Shown here one piece after another: positions 35,471 through 44,640 of a stretch of 46,968 nt of DNA. The notes below the pieces were generated by a model. The model did not search any database. It saw only the letters and a program-made list of their open reading frames with translations, and was not told the DNA's origin. The translations under genes were made by a program, and so were the position numbers. The stretch comes from a virus (Duplodnaviria; Caudoviricetes), in IMG/VR virus record IMGVR_UViG_3300020045_002142, positions 1 through 46,968 of that record. The stretch is one strand, 5' to 3'. Within the stretch, counting starts at the first letter, position 1. Every line of letters starts with the position of its first letter.

Positions 35471-35760
35471 GGCTGGCATGTGGCTTTGGCGATGGCTGCA
35501 TAAACCTTTTCAATGACTGCCATCTTTGCAGGGTCGATATAGTCTCTAGTAAGCATATGATGGGCCGACTTCAAAGCCTCCAGCAAGTCAGGCGCTGAGG
35601 CTATTAGGCGGGCGTTGGCTTCATACTTTCCTTCGACTTCACATAAATAAACATGCGCAACATCAACAATACCGAAGCAATTATTTTCAATATCATTCTC
35701 AATACCAGTGATATCCGTATAATTGCTCACTGTCCAAGGGCCAACAGTATGCTTATTCAT
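35467..35760 (-). CDS. Conserved phage protein (HT.GPW...ANARLIA.APDLLEAL family)
   Basis: Recognisable motif. Confidence 0.75.
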   Translation of the reverse strand: MNKHTVGPWTVSNYTDITGIENDIENNCFGIVDVAHVYLCEVEGKYEANARLIASAPDLLEALKSAHHMLTRDYIDPAKMAVIEKVYAAIAKATCQP

Positions 35761-36011
35761 TGCACAATCCCCCACTTCGCAGGCATGGTATCAATAGCAA
35801 CCCATCCATTCTCCACCAACTGACGGGCAAGAATCCGATTACCAGCGAACATGTAATAGAACCCAGCGAAGTTAAACGTCAAGAAGCTGATAAGCGCAGG
35901 GACGTACTGCCCACGGATAGCGAGTGCCAGCCAGCCGAAAAAGAATACTGTCCAGCTAAAGCCTACCTTCACCTCTTTGGTGATACCATTTTTCTTGAAT
36001 TTAACATGCAT
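35757..36011 (-). CDS. Small membrane protein (DUF2628-like, GFSWT.FFFG)
   Basis: VKVGFSWTVFFFG..ALAIRG, TM segments; SD AGGAG. Confidence 0.7.
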   Translation of the reverse strand: MHVKFKKNGITKEVKVGFSWTVFFFGWLALAIRGQYVPALISFLTFNFAGFYYMFAGNRILARQLVENGWVAIDTMPAKWGIVQ

Positions 36012-36076
36012 TATTTTCTCCTAGTTATGCCGATTGGCGGGTTAAAAAATTAAAGTAGCTGATTTATAAGGCATAG

Positions 36077-36376
36077 CTATACCGGGTGACTGCTTTTCCT
36101 TGAATTAATGTCTCTAGCGCAAAGTCGTGCAATGTCACTTCCACTGGTTAGCGAATCAGCACGCCTATTGCAAATATCTGCGCATTCAGCATAAATTTCA
36201 GATATTTTATTTTCTAGAGAATGTATGCGCTCATCATTTTGAGCAAGCGCAATAGATGCATTATTGACAAATGTTCGATGGTCATCTTTTAATGCTTGCA
36301 ACGCAATATAAGCCTCAGATTTATGCGATGCTGCGGCTTCCCAGCCAGCTTGAAAGCCTCTATTCCAATCAATCAT
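36077..36376 (-). CDS. Hypothetical protein
   Basis: Coupled ORF; GFQAGW and ECADIC motifs. Confidence 0.55.
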   Translation of the reverse strand: MIDWNRGFQAGWEAAASHKSEAYIALQALKDDHRTFVNNASIALAQNDERIHSLENKISEIYAECADICNRRADSLTSGSDIARLCARDINSRKSSHPV

Positions 36377-36633
36377 AAACCATTCTCCAATTGTTCAAAC
36401 GTGTAAATTCCGCGCACCATTTCAGCAAATGCATTTATATCCATAGATTCTTCCTCGGTTCCGCGCCTAGGACATGCTGCAATCATCAATAAACTGCGAA
36501 GTCGTGCATTCTGGTCGGCTAGCTCAATAATATCGTGCCGCGCATCTTCAAATGCATATGTAATAGCGGCTTGTGATTGTTGCGCCATTGCAGAAGGTAA
36601 GCATGCTTTCCAGCGGTCAATTGATCGGTTCAT
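36373..36633 (-). CDS. Hypothetical protein
   Basis: Helical ORF within the coupled minus-strand island. Confidence 0.55.
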   Translation of the reverse strand: MNRSIDRWKACLPSAMAQQSQAAITYAFEDARHDIIELADQNARLRSLLMIAACPRRGTEEESMDINAFAEMVRGIYTFEQLENGL

Positions 36634-36898
36634 TTTTATAATCACTTAAACAAATTTGCAGGTTTTCTTTTATCAAACTTGAAAATGGCTTCAAATATCC
36701 GTGGATTTTGCTTGCTGTTTCCATTCCTCCAACAATAATGGCAAATGGAATATCAAAACAATGCCACTCGCCGTCATTTACTTTTTTAGGATTAGATTGA
36801 TGGCTTGATTGTAAAAAATGCTTTAGTTCTAATGGAAACTCAATACCGCATCTTTTTTCCATTTCTTCTACAGTTAAATTTCCCAAGTAAATATACAT
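36617..36898 (-). CDS. Hypothetical protein with an SMI1/KNR4-like N-terminal motif
   Basis: EEMEKRCGIEFPLELKHFL. Confidence 0.55.
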   Translation of the reverse strand: MYIYLGNLTVEEMEKRCGIEFPLELKHFLQSSHQSNPKKVNDGEWHCFDIPFAIIVGGMETASKIHGYLKPFSSLIKENLQICLSDYKNEPIN

Positions 36899-36899
36899 A

Positions 36900-37082
36900 T
36901 CAATCCCTATTAAAAATAGCAACTAAGTGACCCTTGCGAGCCAGATTGTTTGCAGTGTGCATCGTGGTTTTTGCGTAAGCGCTAAATTCGCCTGTTGTTT
37001 TGTCTATAACACCAAAAACAATGCGGAAAGGAAACCAATTTTTGAGATTGGTTAATTCTGTTTTATGAGCGTCTGTAAACAT
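36900..37082 (-). CDS. Hypothetical early protein
   Basis: SD GAGGT; first ORF after the 37113 promoter. Confidence 0.55.
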   Translation of the reverse strand: MFTDAHKTELTNLKNWFPFRIVFGVIDKTTGEFSAYAKTTMHTANNLARKGHLVAIFNRD

Positions 37083-37112
37083 TTTTAACCTCATTGCGTT
37101 GCTGATGTATGA

Positions 37113-37185
37113 ATTGTAGCGCAAAGAACCAAGCAAACCCCACTTTCCCTATTTATTTTGCAAATATAGGGAAAACCCTTAAAAT
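37113..37185. promoter_or_regulatory. Divergent promoters: leftward TACAAT with TGTAGCGCA box; rightward TTGCAA-16-TAAAAT containing TAGGGAAAACCCT
   Basis: Motifs at 37115-37123 and 37167-37180. Confidence 0.6.
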
Positions 37186-37191
37186 TCATCC

Positions 37192-38553
37192 ATGACTAAA
37201 CCAACAGGCAACCCAGTAGGCAGACCCCGCAAAGACGCTACACAGCGTGATGACGGGCCTTATATGAATGTGATTAGCTCACTAGGCTCTAGCCGTGACA
37301 GTGGGGGCTACACCAAAGCATCCCCGGTGCGCTATTTCACCGAGCTAGAGCTAACAGATCTATACATCGGCGACGGCTTCGCCCGGCGCATTGTGGACGT
37401 TACCGCTACTGATATGACACGGGCCGGGTTTTGCATTGAGGTCGAGGGCGAAGATGAAAGCGAAGAAGAATCGGCTTATGGGCCAGTCATGGTGCGTCTG
37501 GAAGAGTTGCACGCTAATGAGCGACTGACTGATGCGCTGAAGCTGGAAGCTATTTTCGGTGGTGCCATGATCGTCATGGGAATCAAAGACGGTGGAGACT
37601 TGGCAGAGCCATTGAATGATCGCGCCGTGCAAGACATTGAGTTCCTGCGCGTTTACGACCGCTACCACGTCAGCCGTATGGATAAGTACACAGACCCGGC
37701 GGACGTTCGCTATGGTGAGACTAAGACATATCTAGTCAGTCCTTCCAATGCCACGCCTTACTTGGTGCATGAGTCGCGGTGTTTGATATTTGCGGGCGAG
37801 TTCGTCCCTGAGTCCATGCGTGATCTACAGGATGGCTGGGGCGTGTCTGCACTGGCGAAGTGCTGGTATCAGTTGCAGCGCCTGGGCGTGAGTCACCAAT
37901 GGGCCGAGAAGCTTCTTGAGAAGTCTCAACAGGCAGTGGCTAAGTTTAGCGGGCTGTCGCAGCAGCTCATGGCTCCAGGCGGCCAGCAGGCGGTGATTAA
38001 TCGCTTGAATATGCTGGACATTAGCCGCAATTCCATCAACAGCGTGGCAATCGACGCGCTTGACGAATACACCATCACATCAAACAGCTTCACCGGTTTA
38101 CCTGACCTTCTGGACCGCTTTGCACAGGCTTTAAGCGCGGTTACAGGGATGCCTAAGACGCTGTTAATGGGTGAGCAGGCTAAGGGTCTTAACAACTCTC
38201 AGTATGGTGACTTGCAGAACTGGTATTCGTCTATCGAGCAGAAGCAGCGCACCCAGCTATTGCAGCCCATTGACCGATTGGTGACATTGCTGGCCACTGC
38301 CAAAAAGATCACTAATCAGAATTACCTGATCGAATTTGAAGGCTTGGACATCCCTGACGAAAAGACGGAGGCAGAGACCGAGAAGCTAGAAGCTGAAAAA
38401 GACAAGATTAAGGCTGACACTGCCGCTGTCTATGTGACTGCCGGGGCGCTTGACCCGTCGGAGCTTCGCCAGACGCTTATTGAGGATGGCAAGTATATCA
38501 TGGATGCGAGTATTCAGATTGTGCAGGCTGAAGATGACGGGTTGCCAGCTTGA
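37192..38553 (+). CDS. Portal protein (DUF1073 family)
   Basis: LY..DGFARRIVD..A.DM.R.G, VHESRCL, WGVS.L, GMPKTLLMGEQ..GLN; precedes the MuF gene. Confidence 0.92.
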   Translation: MTKPTGNPVGRPRKDATQRDDGPYMNVISSLGSSRDSGGYTKASPVRYFTELELTDLYIGDGFARRIVDVTATDMTRAGFCIEVEGEDESEEESAYGPVMVRLEELHANERLTDALKLEAIFGGAMIVMGIKDGGDLAEPLNDRAVQDIEFLRVYDRYHVSRMDKYTDPADVRYGETKTYLVSPSNATPYLVHESRCLIFAGEFVPESMRDLQDGWGVSALAKCWYQLQRLGVSHQWAEKLLEKSQQAVAKFSGLSQQLMAPGGQQAVINRLNMLDISRNSINSVAIDALDEYTITSNSFTGLPDLLDRFAQALSAVTGMPKTLLMGEQAKGLNNSQYGDLQNWYSSIEQKQRTQLLQPIDRLVTLLATAKKITNQNYLIEFEGLDIPDEKTEAETEKLEAEKDKIKADTAAVYVTAGALDPSELRQTLIEDGKYIMDASIQIVQAEDDGLPA

Positions 38554-39353
38554 AAACAGCCACTCTGAAACCGCCCGATCAGGCCGAGCGTGAATACGTT
38601 CGACTGTTGCAGTGGTACGTGCGCCAGATAGTGGCAAGTACGCGGCGTATCGTAATTCCAAAGCTACCAAGCATCTTAAAACAGGCAAATACAGAGCTAA
38701 CGCAAGACGGGTATGCCGAGGACTTGGAAGTTATCTTGTCGCTGCTATTAGATGCCATACTGTTCGATGGCCGAGTCGTTGAGTCGCGTTTGCCGGGTAT
38801 CTTTGCGCTGTTGGCCAAGACCAATGACCGGTCCTTGATTATGGCGGTTAAGGCATCCACGGGGGTTACGTTGCCGCCGTCTGTGCCGGGTGTTCGTAAG
38901 TCATTGTTAGGCGTTGACGTGTACCGGGCTGAGCCATGGCTTGCCGATATGCAAAAGGTTTGGGTAAAACAGAACGTCGGGCTGGTGAAGTCAATCGGTA
39001 CTCAGTACCACGGCCAGCTTGAAACCATAATCCGGCAAGGTGTGCTGAATGGTAGCTCTGTAAAGCAAGTATCAGACCAGATACAAAAGCAGTTTGGAGT
39101 TACCAAGAATAGGGCAACGCTTATTGCACAAGACCAAATACTTGGCGCGAATGCTCGTTTGACCCAGATCAGAGCAGAATCTATCGGGGTTGAAAAGTAT
39201 GAATGGGCTACCGTGGGAGATAGCCGCGTCCGTCCTGAGCATGTAGAGTTAAATGGGAAGCTGTTTAGCTGGGATAAGCCGCCAAGTGTGGGCCACCCAG
39301 GTTCACCGATAAGATGCAGGTGCCGGGCTGCTTTAGTTCTGCCTGAGTTTTAA
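38550..39353 (+). CDS. Minor head morphogenesis protein (SPP1 gp7/MuF family)
   Basis: RATLIAQDQ, YEWATVGDSRVRPEH, HPGSPIRCRC. Confidence 0.92.
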   Translation: MKTATLKPPDQAEREYVRLLQWYVRQIVASTRRIVIPKLPSILKQANTELTQDGYAEDLEVILSLLLDAILFDGRVVESRLPGIFALLAKTNDRSLIMAVKASTGVTLPPSVPGVRKSLLGVDVYRAEPWLADMQKVWVKQNVGLVKSIGTQYHGQLETIIRQGVLNGSSVKQVSDQIQKQFGVTKNRATLIAQDQILGANARLTQIRAESIGVEKYEWATVGDSRVRPEHVELNGKLFSWDKPPSVGHPGSPIRCRCRAALVLPEF

Positions 39354-39464
39354 TGTGGTGTTCTGCGTCAATGCAAAACATTTCAATAATCTCACTTAGT
39401 TCGCAACATCTATTTTGCCAATAGACAGCATTCAATAATGCTTTTCTAAATAGTTCACCATCAT

Positions 39465-39653
39465 TCATGATCCATCCCGAGCCATAAGCAGCATTTCAAT
39501 GTCCATGCCCTGCATTTTCAACTGCATCTCTAGAGCACGCCATAAAACAGCAGTTACAGATGCATCTAAATCTTCAACGTCCTCAAATTCAAGCAAGGCA
39601 TTTGAATAGCCGATCAAGCGAGTGGCGTGGGTTGTTTCTTGGTTTTCAGTCAT
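39465..39653 (-). CDS. Small hypothetical protein (island between MuF and protease genes)
   Basis: 62 aa ORF antisense to the head operon; followed by a weaker ORF 39265-39468. Confidence 0.45.
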   Translation of the reverse strand: MTENQETTHATRLIGYSNALLEFEDVEDLDASVTAVLWRALEMQLKMQGMDIEMLLMARDGS

Positions 39654-39754
39654 TTGGTTACTATGCCGCGAATAAACGCAATGTCTATTAGGGTTTTCAC
39701 CGATTGACATTTCATTTATTTGCATTAGGTTTTGCGATATGATATAAACTTGCC

Positions 39755-40843
39755 ATGACCGTTCAAAGATACGATTTTGCACAATTGAAAGCCACTAAGA
39801 CCGATGAAGGGTTTTTGGTGGATACGCCTATTGTCGGTCGTGTCGGTATTCAGACGTATATGAATGCCGATGGCACGGTGCGAAAAGAGTACCGGCCAGC
39901 AGAGGAAGTATTCCATCCTGACGCACTGGCAAGCATGGTTGGCAAGCCAATCACTGACGCTCACCCTAATGGCAAGGTCACGGCGGCTAACTTCAAGAAG
40001 CTGACCATTGGCACCATCTTGGGTGCTGGTAAGCAAGACGGCGACAACGTGCGCGTTGACATCATCATCCAAGACGCCGAGGCCATTATCAAGGCTGAAA
40101 AAGGCGGTGTGCGTGAGTTGTCGCTTGGCTATACGGTTGACTTGGATGAAACGCCGGGTGAGTTCAATGGCGAGAAGTACGACGCCATTCAAAAGAACAT
40201 TCGGGTAAATCATTTGGCGCTCGTGCCAAAAGGTCGGGCGGGTAATGCCCGGCTTAATCTTGACCGCTTTGATGCGGTCGCTTTCACGGAGGACGTAATG
40301 TCTGACAAACTTGGCCGCGTGCGGCTTGATAACGGCATCGAATATGATGCTGCCCCCGAGGTAGTGCACGCGCTGGACAAGTTGCGTGATGATTCCTTGA
40401 ATTTCAAAACCCAGTCCGAAACCCAAAAAGCCGAAGCCGAAAAGCTGGCCGGCGAACGCGATACGCTTAAAGCTCGTGTCGATGGCTTCGCCGCTGAGTT
40501 GGCTAAGGTCAAGACTGACGCGCTGGATTCTGCCCGCGCTGAAATCAAGGCACGCGCTGAACTGGACAAGGCCGCTGAAGGCTTTAAAGTCGATTGCGCT
40601 GGCAAGTCTGACCGTGAAGTCAAGGAGGCCGTGATTAAAGCTGTTCGCGCTGATGCCGATCTGGTTGGCAAGTCTGACGAATACGTCAACGCGGCTTTTG
40701 ATATGTCGGTCAGTATGAAAGCTGATGCGGCTATGCAGGGGCAGCGGAAGCAAGCTATGAATAACGATGGCTCTGGCGTAGCTAAAACGGCTGCACAGAA
40801 GTACGTCGAATACAAACAATCTCTGTCCAAGAAAGGCGCTTAA
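39755..40843 (+). CDS. Capsid maturation protease/scaffold (DUF2213 family)
   Basis: GRVGIQTY...RPAEEVF...PITDAHP, ELSLGY, NHLALVPKGRAG; coiled-coil scaffold C-terminus. Confidence 0.92.
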   Translation: MTVQRYDFAQLKATKTDEGFLVDTPIVGRVGIQTYMNADGTVRKEYRPAEEVFHPDALASMVGKPITDAHPNGKVTAANFKKLTIGTILGAGKQDGDNVRVDIIIQDAEAIIKAEKGGVRELSLGYTVDLDETPGEFNGEKYDAIQKNIRVNHLALVPKGRAGNARLNLDRFDAVAFTEDVMSDKLGRVRLDNGIEYDAAPEVVHALDKLRDDSLNFKTQSETQKAEAEKLAGERDTLKARVDGFAAELAKVKTDALDSARAEIKARAELDKAAEGFKVDCAGKSDREVKEAVIKAVRADADLVGKSDEYVNAAFDMSVSMKADAAMQGQRKQAMNNDGSGVAKTAAQKYVEYKQSLSKKGA

Positions 40844-40845
40844 TT

Positions 40846-41301
40846 ATGTCGCAAACTACCGTTACTCAATATAGCCCCGTGGCATTCGCGGGCATGCTGG
40901 ATGGCATTGGCACGCACCAAGTGCGATCTTATGCCGCCGAGGAAATTATCCCCATCGCTTACCCCGTCCGTCTAGGCACGAATAAGGAAAAGCAAGTCCT
41001 GAAAACTACCACTGGCGCTCTGGCTGTTGGCTTCGCACTGCAAGACCATGCGCGAGAGCAGAATGGCTCTGGCGTTGTGCAGTACGCAGCCAAGGAAACC
41101 GTGTCCGTTATGACTCAAGGTCGCTTCTGGGTTACGACTACTGACGCCGTTGTTGCTGGTGCTGTTGCCAATCTGACCGTTGCAACTGGTGCACTGACTG
41201 ACGAAGCTGTAGCCGCTGGTATCGAGGCTTTCACTCAATTTACCGCCCGTTTTGTGACCGCCACAACCGGCGCTGGTTTGGCTATTGTTGAAATCAAATA
41301 A
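40846..41301 (+). CDS. Capsid decoration/cement protein
   Basis: AFAGML..., VSVMTQGRFWV; lies between protease and major capsid genes. Confidence 0.8.
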   Translation: MSQTTVTQYSPVAFAGMLDGIGTHQVRSYAAEEIIPIAYPVRLGTNKEKQVLKTTTGALAVGFALQDHAREQNGSGVVQYAAKETVSVMTQGRFWVTTTDAVVAGAVANLTVATGALTDEAVAAGIEAFTQFTARFVTATTGAGLAIVEIK

Positions 41302-41311
41302 GGAATAAATT

Positions 41312-42271
41312 ATGTCTGAAAACATGCACTACGACGCGCAAGACCTGCGCGCAATTGAAGCTTCTGGCCGATTCGATGCTAACGAATCCGTATTTTTTGC
41401 CCGCCAATTGGAATCGATTAAGGCGCAGTCTTATGACGTTAAGCGCGCAAAGTTGAATGCATTGGAGATTTTCCCCGTCTCTACTGCTACTCCAGAAGGC
41501 GCTACTACGATCACCTACCGTCAATATGACGCTGTGGGCGTAGCAAAGATTATCAGTAACTACGCCACGGACATTCCCCGCGCCGATGTGACTGGTAAAG
41601 AGTTTACCTCTCCCATTCGTGGCATTGGTATTGCTTACGGCTACAACATGCAAGAGATCCGTTCGGCCCAGTTCGCCGGTATGCCATTGTCTGAAAAGAA
41701 AATGCGCGCTGCCCAACGCGCTCACGAAGAGCTGATTAACAAGCTGGCTTGGTCCGGTGATGTTGAAAACGGTCTGCCTGGCTTTATGACTAATGCGAAT
41801 ATTCCCGCATATGTCGTGACTGCTGACGGCTCTGGTGCTAGTAAGCTGTGGTCTACGAAAACGGCTGACCAGATTATCCGTGACGTAAACGGCATTATCA
41901 ACCAGGTGCAAACCCAGTCTAAAGGCATTCACCGCGCTAATATGGTGCTGATGCCATTGGAGCAATATGCATACATTAGTTCGCAGCCACGTAGCTCTAC
42001 GACTGATACGACTATCCTGTCGTTCCTGCAAGCTAATAATCCCGGCGTGACTTTCAAAGCAGTTATTGAGTTGGATGCATTCGGGGGTGGCCTAGATCGT
42101 CTGGTAGCTGGCGAGTTCTCTGTGGATAATATGCAGCTTGAGTTGCCGATGACATTTCGACAGTACAGCCCCCAGCAATTGGGATTGGAATTCGTGATTC
42201 CATGTGAGAGCCGTTTTGCAGGTGTTATTATTGAATACCCACTAGCCTTTGCGCTGGGTGATTCCGTATAA
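41312..42271 (+). CDS. Major capsid protein (DUF2184 family)
   Basis: FFARQLESI...YD, DIPRAD, YGYNMQEIRSA, SRFAGVIIEYP. Confidence 0.93.
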   Translation: MSENMHYDAQDLRAIEASGRFDANESVFFARQLESIKAQSYDVKRAKLNALEIFPVSTATPEGATTITYRQYDAVGVAKIISNYATDIPRADVTGKEFTSPIRGIGIAYGYNMQEIRSAQFAGMPLSEKKMRAAQRAHEELINKLAWSGDVENGLPGFMTNANIPAYVVTADGSGASKLWSTKTADQIIRDVNGIINQVQTQSKGIHRANMVLMPLEQYAYISSQPRSSTTDTTILSFLQANNPGVTFKAVIELDAFGGGLDRLVAGEFSVDNMQLELPMTFRQYSPQQLGLEFVIPCESRFAGVIIEYPLAFALGDSV

Positions 42272-42289
42272 GCTAGATGCTTAATATAT

Positions 42290-42316
42290 AAAAGGGGACT
42301 TAGGTCCCTTTTTTTA
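42290..42316 (+). terminator. Rho-independent terminator after the major capsid gene
   Basis: aaaaggggac-ttag-gtcccttttttt. Confidence 0.8.
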
Positions 42317-42371
42317 CAATTGCCATTAATCCGAACACTGTTAAAATACAACAATCCCCAGGAGCCACTAC

Positions 42372-42575
42372 ATGAAATTGAAAAACGTATCAACACGGGC
42401 ATATTGCCTAATGAGCAAGATTTACGCGCCGCTGGAAACATTCGATCTGACCGACCCCGTGGCCATCGCTAGCATTCAAGGCGCTATTGATTCTGGCGAT
42501 ATGGTTGTTGTCGAATCCGCAGAAGTTGAAGACACCCCCGCTAAGCGTGGCCGTCCACCCGTATCCAAGGAGTAA
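42372..42575 (+). CDS. Small head-associated hypothetical protein
   Basis: SD AGGAG; C-terminal KRGRP AT-hook-like motif. Confidence 0.65.
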   Translation: MKLKNVSTRAYCLMSKIYAPLETFDLTDPVAIASIQGAIDSGDMVVVESAEVEDTPAKRGRPPVSKE

Positions 42576-42578
42576 GAA

Positions 42579-44201
42579 ATGGGCCGTTTGAATGAAGTTG
42601 TATTGACTGGTATTGTTGACGAAGAGAACCGTCGTTTGGTGCGTGTCAGCGCTAACGGGCTGACTGCTAATATCCCCGTTATGAATAAAGAGGGCACTGG
42701 GTTGATTAACCCAGTTACGGGGGATTCGGTGGATGGTGGTGGGAACTCTCAAGTTATGAACCTACAGACTTACCCCGGCGTGAAAACGGGGGTTTTATCT
42801 GATAACACCGAGCGGGAGGCAAACAGTATTGCGATTAACATTGCGCTTTCTGTGGCAGCCAGCGCGGGTCTTCATGTAATAGCACCCGCTGCAACATATG
42901 AACTGTATGGAAAAATTAATGTATTTGGTGGACAAAAGTTAACTTGTGATGGTATTAAAACTAAATTCGTCCAGTATCAAGATAATACTGCGGTAATACA
43001 TTTTGGGGCCGGTATTGGTTCTGGGACTAGCAGCAGCAATATTCAAGTTGACGGGGGATGGTACTACCATATTAATGATCAAACAGGAAATACACAAGCG
43101 CGGGTTTGGGAATTTACCGGGGTTTGGAGAAGTTCGTTTACCAATTTTATCCTCGGTAATTTTTATGACCCAGTAGCCACTGCGCGTATGTGTAATTACG
43201 GGATGTGGTTTGATAATGGCGCGGCTGTAATTCCTGGGTTTAACAATACTTTCAAGAATTTTAATATTCGGTATTTTGATACTTATGCAATTTGGCACTC
43301 AAAAGCCGGAACGGGCAGTTCATTTGACCAGGCGTATATTCAAAATGGTGATGCAACAAAAAGATGGCCCGCACTTGGCGCTTACTATGCAAAAGATGGC
43401 AGCGGTACTCATTTTGGAGTTCTTAATATCGAATGGGCATCACTTGTAAACCCTATACATCTTGATACCGTGCAATGCTTTTCCATTGATTCTCTACACG
43501 TAGAGGAAGTGGAACTTCGGAATGTGACCGGTACTGCAAACAGGGGTATCGTATATTTGACGGCTGCATCACAGTTCGCTTGCACTTCATTTGATGTATA
43601 TAACGGACGATATTTAGCTTCTAATAATTTGGTAAATGCCTCCATCTTCATGGTTGCGGACTCCTGCTATATTGACGTAGACATGCTGCGGCTGGAAAAT
43701 GCTGCCGTTACTGGAACAAATTACCATGTAGTGCAGTCTGTAGATAATGTAACAGGCAGTCAAAACCCTTTTATCAATATTAACAATATCCGCAGCGCGG
43801 GCACCGGACGGCCAGTGGCTTGGGATAATCTGACGCTTGCGACAGCATCTACTTCGCGCTTTAAGTACGAGCGACTGGGTATGTATAGGAATGCGCGTGA
43901 AGAGCTGGCAACACTTTCAGATGCTGCACAGACTATTTACGCAGGAAATCACCCACAAGAGCTGAATTGCGCACCTACAGTTGCCAGAACATGGACGTTA
44001 TCGGGCGTGACGAGCGCAACTACGGCGACAATCATCCCGCCAGGAACAATTTATTGGATCACTTGCGCCGCTGGGTCAGCAGGCTCTCTGACTGTAAACG
44101 GCAATACTGGATCGCTTATCAAGTCAGTGACTGCGGGCACATGGCTAAAAGTGCAATGGGACGGTGCTGCGTGGGTGTCTCGCGGTAGCGGCTCGATCTA
44201 A
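42579..44201 (+). CDS. Right-handed beta-helix (pectate-lyase-like) spike/fibre protein
   Basis: ANSIAINIAL...VIAPAATY cap motif followed by Asn/aromatic-rich beta-helix-like repeats; SD AAGGAG. Confidence 0.72.
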   Translation: MGRLNEVVLTGIVDEENRRLVRVSANGLTANIPVMNKEGTGLINPVTGDSVDGGGNSQVMNLQTYPGVKTGVLSDNTEREANSIAINIALSVAASAGLHVIAPAATYELYGKINVFGGQKLTCDGIKTKFVQYQDNTAVIHFGAGIGSGTSSSNIQVDGGWYYHINDQTGNTQARVWEFTGVWRSSFTNFILGNFYDPVATARMCNYGMWFDNGAAVIPGFNNTFKNFNIRYFDTYAIWHSKAGTGSSFDQAYIQNGDATKRWPALGAYYAKDGSGTHFGVLNIEWASLVNPIHLDTVQCFSIDSLHVEEVELRNVTGTANRGIVYLTAASQFACTSFDVYNGRYLASNNLVNASIFMVADSCYIDVDMLRLENAAVTGTNYHVVQSVDNVTGSQNPFININNIRSAGTGRPVAWDNLTLATASTSRFKYERLGMYRNAREELATLSDAAQTIYAGNHPQELNCAPTVARTWTLSGVTSATTATIIPPGTIYWITCAAGSAGSLTVNGNTGSLIKSVTAGTWLKVQWDGAAWVSRGSGSI

Positions 44202-44229
44202 TTCCCATCCCCTGCCGGTGAAGTAACAT

Positions 44230-44249
44230 AAAAAAGCCCCCACGGGGGC
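44230..44249. terminator. GC-rich hairpin, terminator-like
   Basis: aaaaaa-gccccc-ac-gggggc (U-tract on the minus strand). Confidence 0.45.
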
Positions 44250-44259
44250 CATTTAAAAC

Positions 44260-44640
44260 ATGGCAACACAATTAGAAATACTGCGTTTAGTAGCACCTGA
44301 ATTTGCCGCCGTGGACGATGCTACGGTGCTTGCCATGCTTGACCTGGCACCGCTGATCACTGACCCGCAGCTTTACCCAGTCGCCACGCGTGACTTGGCT
44401 ATGGTGTACCAGGCTTGCATCTTGCTGGCGCAGCGGTCAGCTAGTGCGAGTGGGACGGCCAGCACTGGGGGTACGCTGGTGCGCGAGAAAGAGGGAGACT
44501 TAGAGCGACAATATAGCTCTAGCACTTCCAGCAATGGCACAATGGCTAAGAATCAATATCAATTGATGCTAGATCGACTTAGCTTGCATATTACTATGGG
44601 TGGCATTACGCGCATGTTTGATATTGTGCCTTCGATCTAA
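44260..44640 (+). CDS. Head-tail adaptor (DUF4054-like)
   Basis: LRLVAPEFA.V.D, REKEGDLERQY. Confidence 0.82.
   Translation: MATQLEILRLVAPEFAAVDDATVLAMLDLAPLITDPQLYPVATRDLAMVYQACILLAQRSASASGTASTGGTLVREKEGDLERQYSSSTSSNGTMAKNQYQLMLDRLSLHITMGGITRMFDIVPSI

Noticed and set aside
37192-38553. Anti-CBASS Acb1 annotation sometimes attached to DUF1073 proteins
   Set aside because: Size, motifs and position indicate a plain portal; no extra 2H-phosphoesterase domain seen.
39725-42441. Long antisense ORFs (39725-40819, 40210-40830, 41294-42031) and similar ones opposite the sheath gene
   Set aside because: Shadow frames of strongly codon-biased structural genes; no RBS or recognisable motifs.
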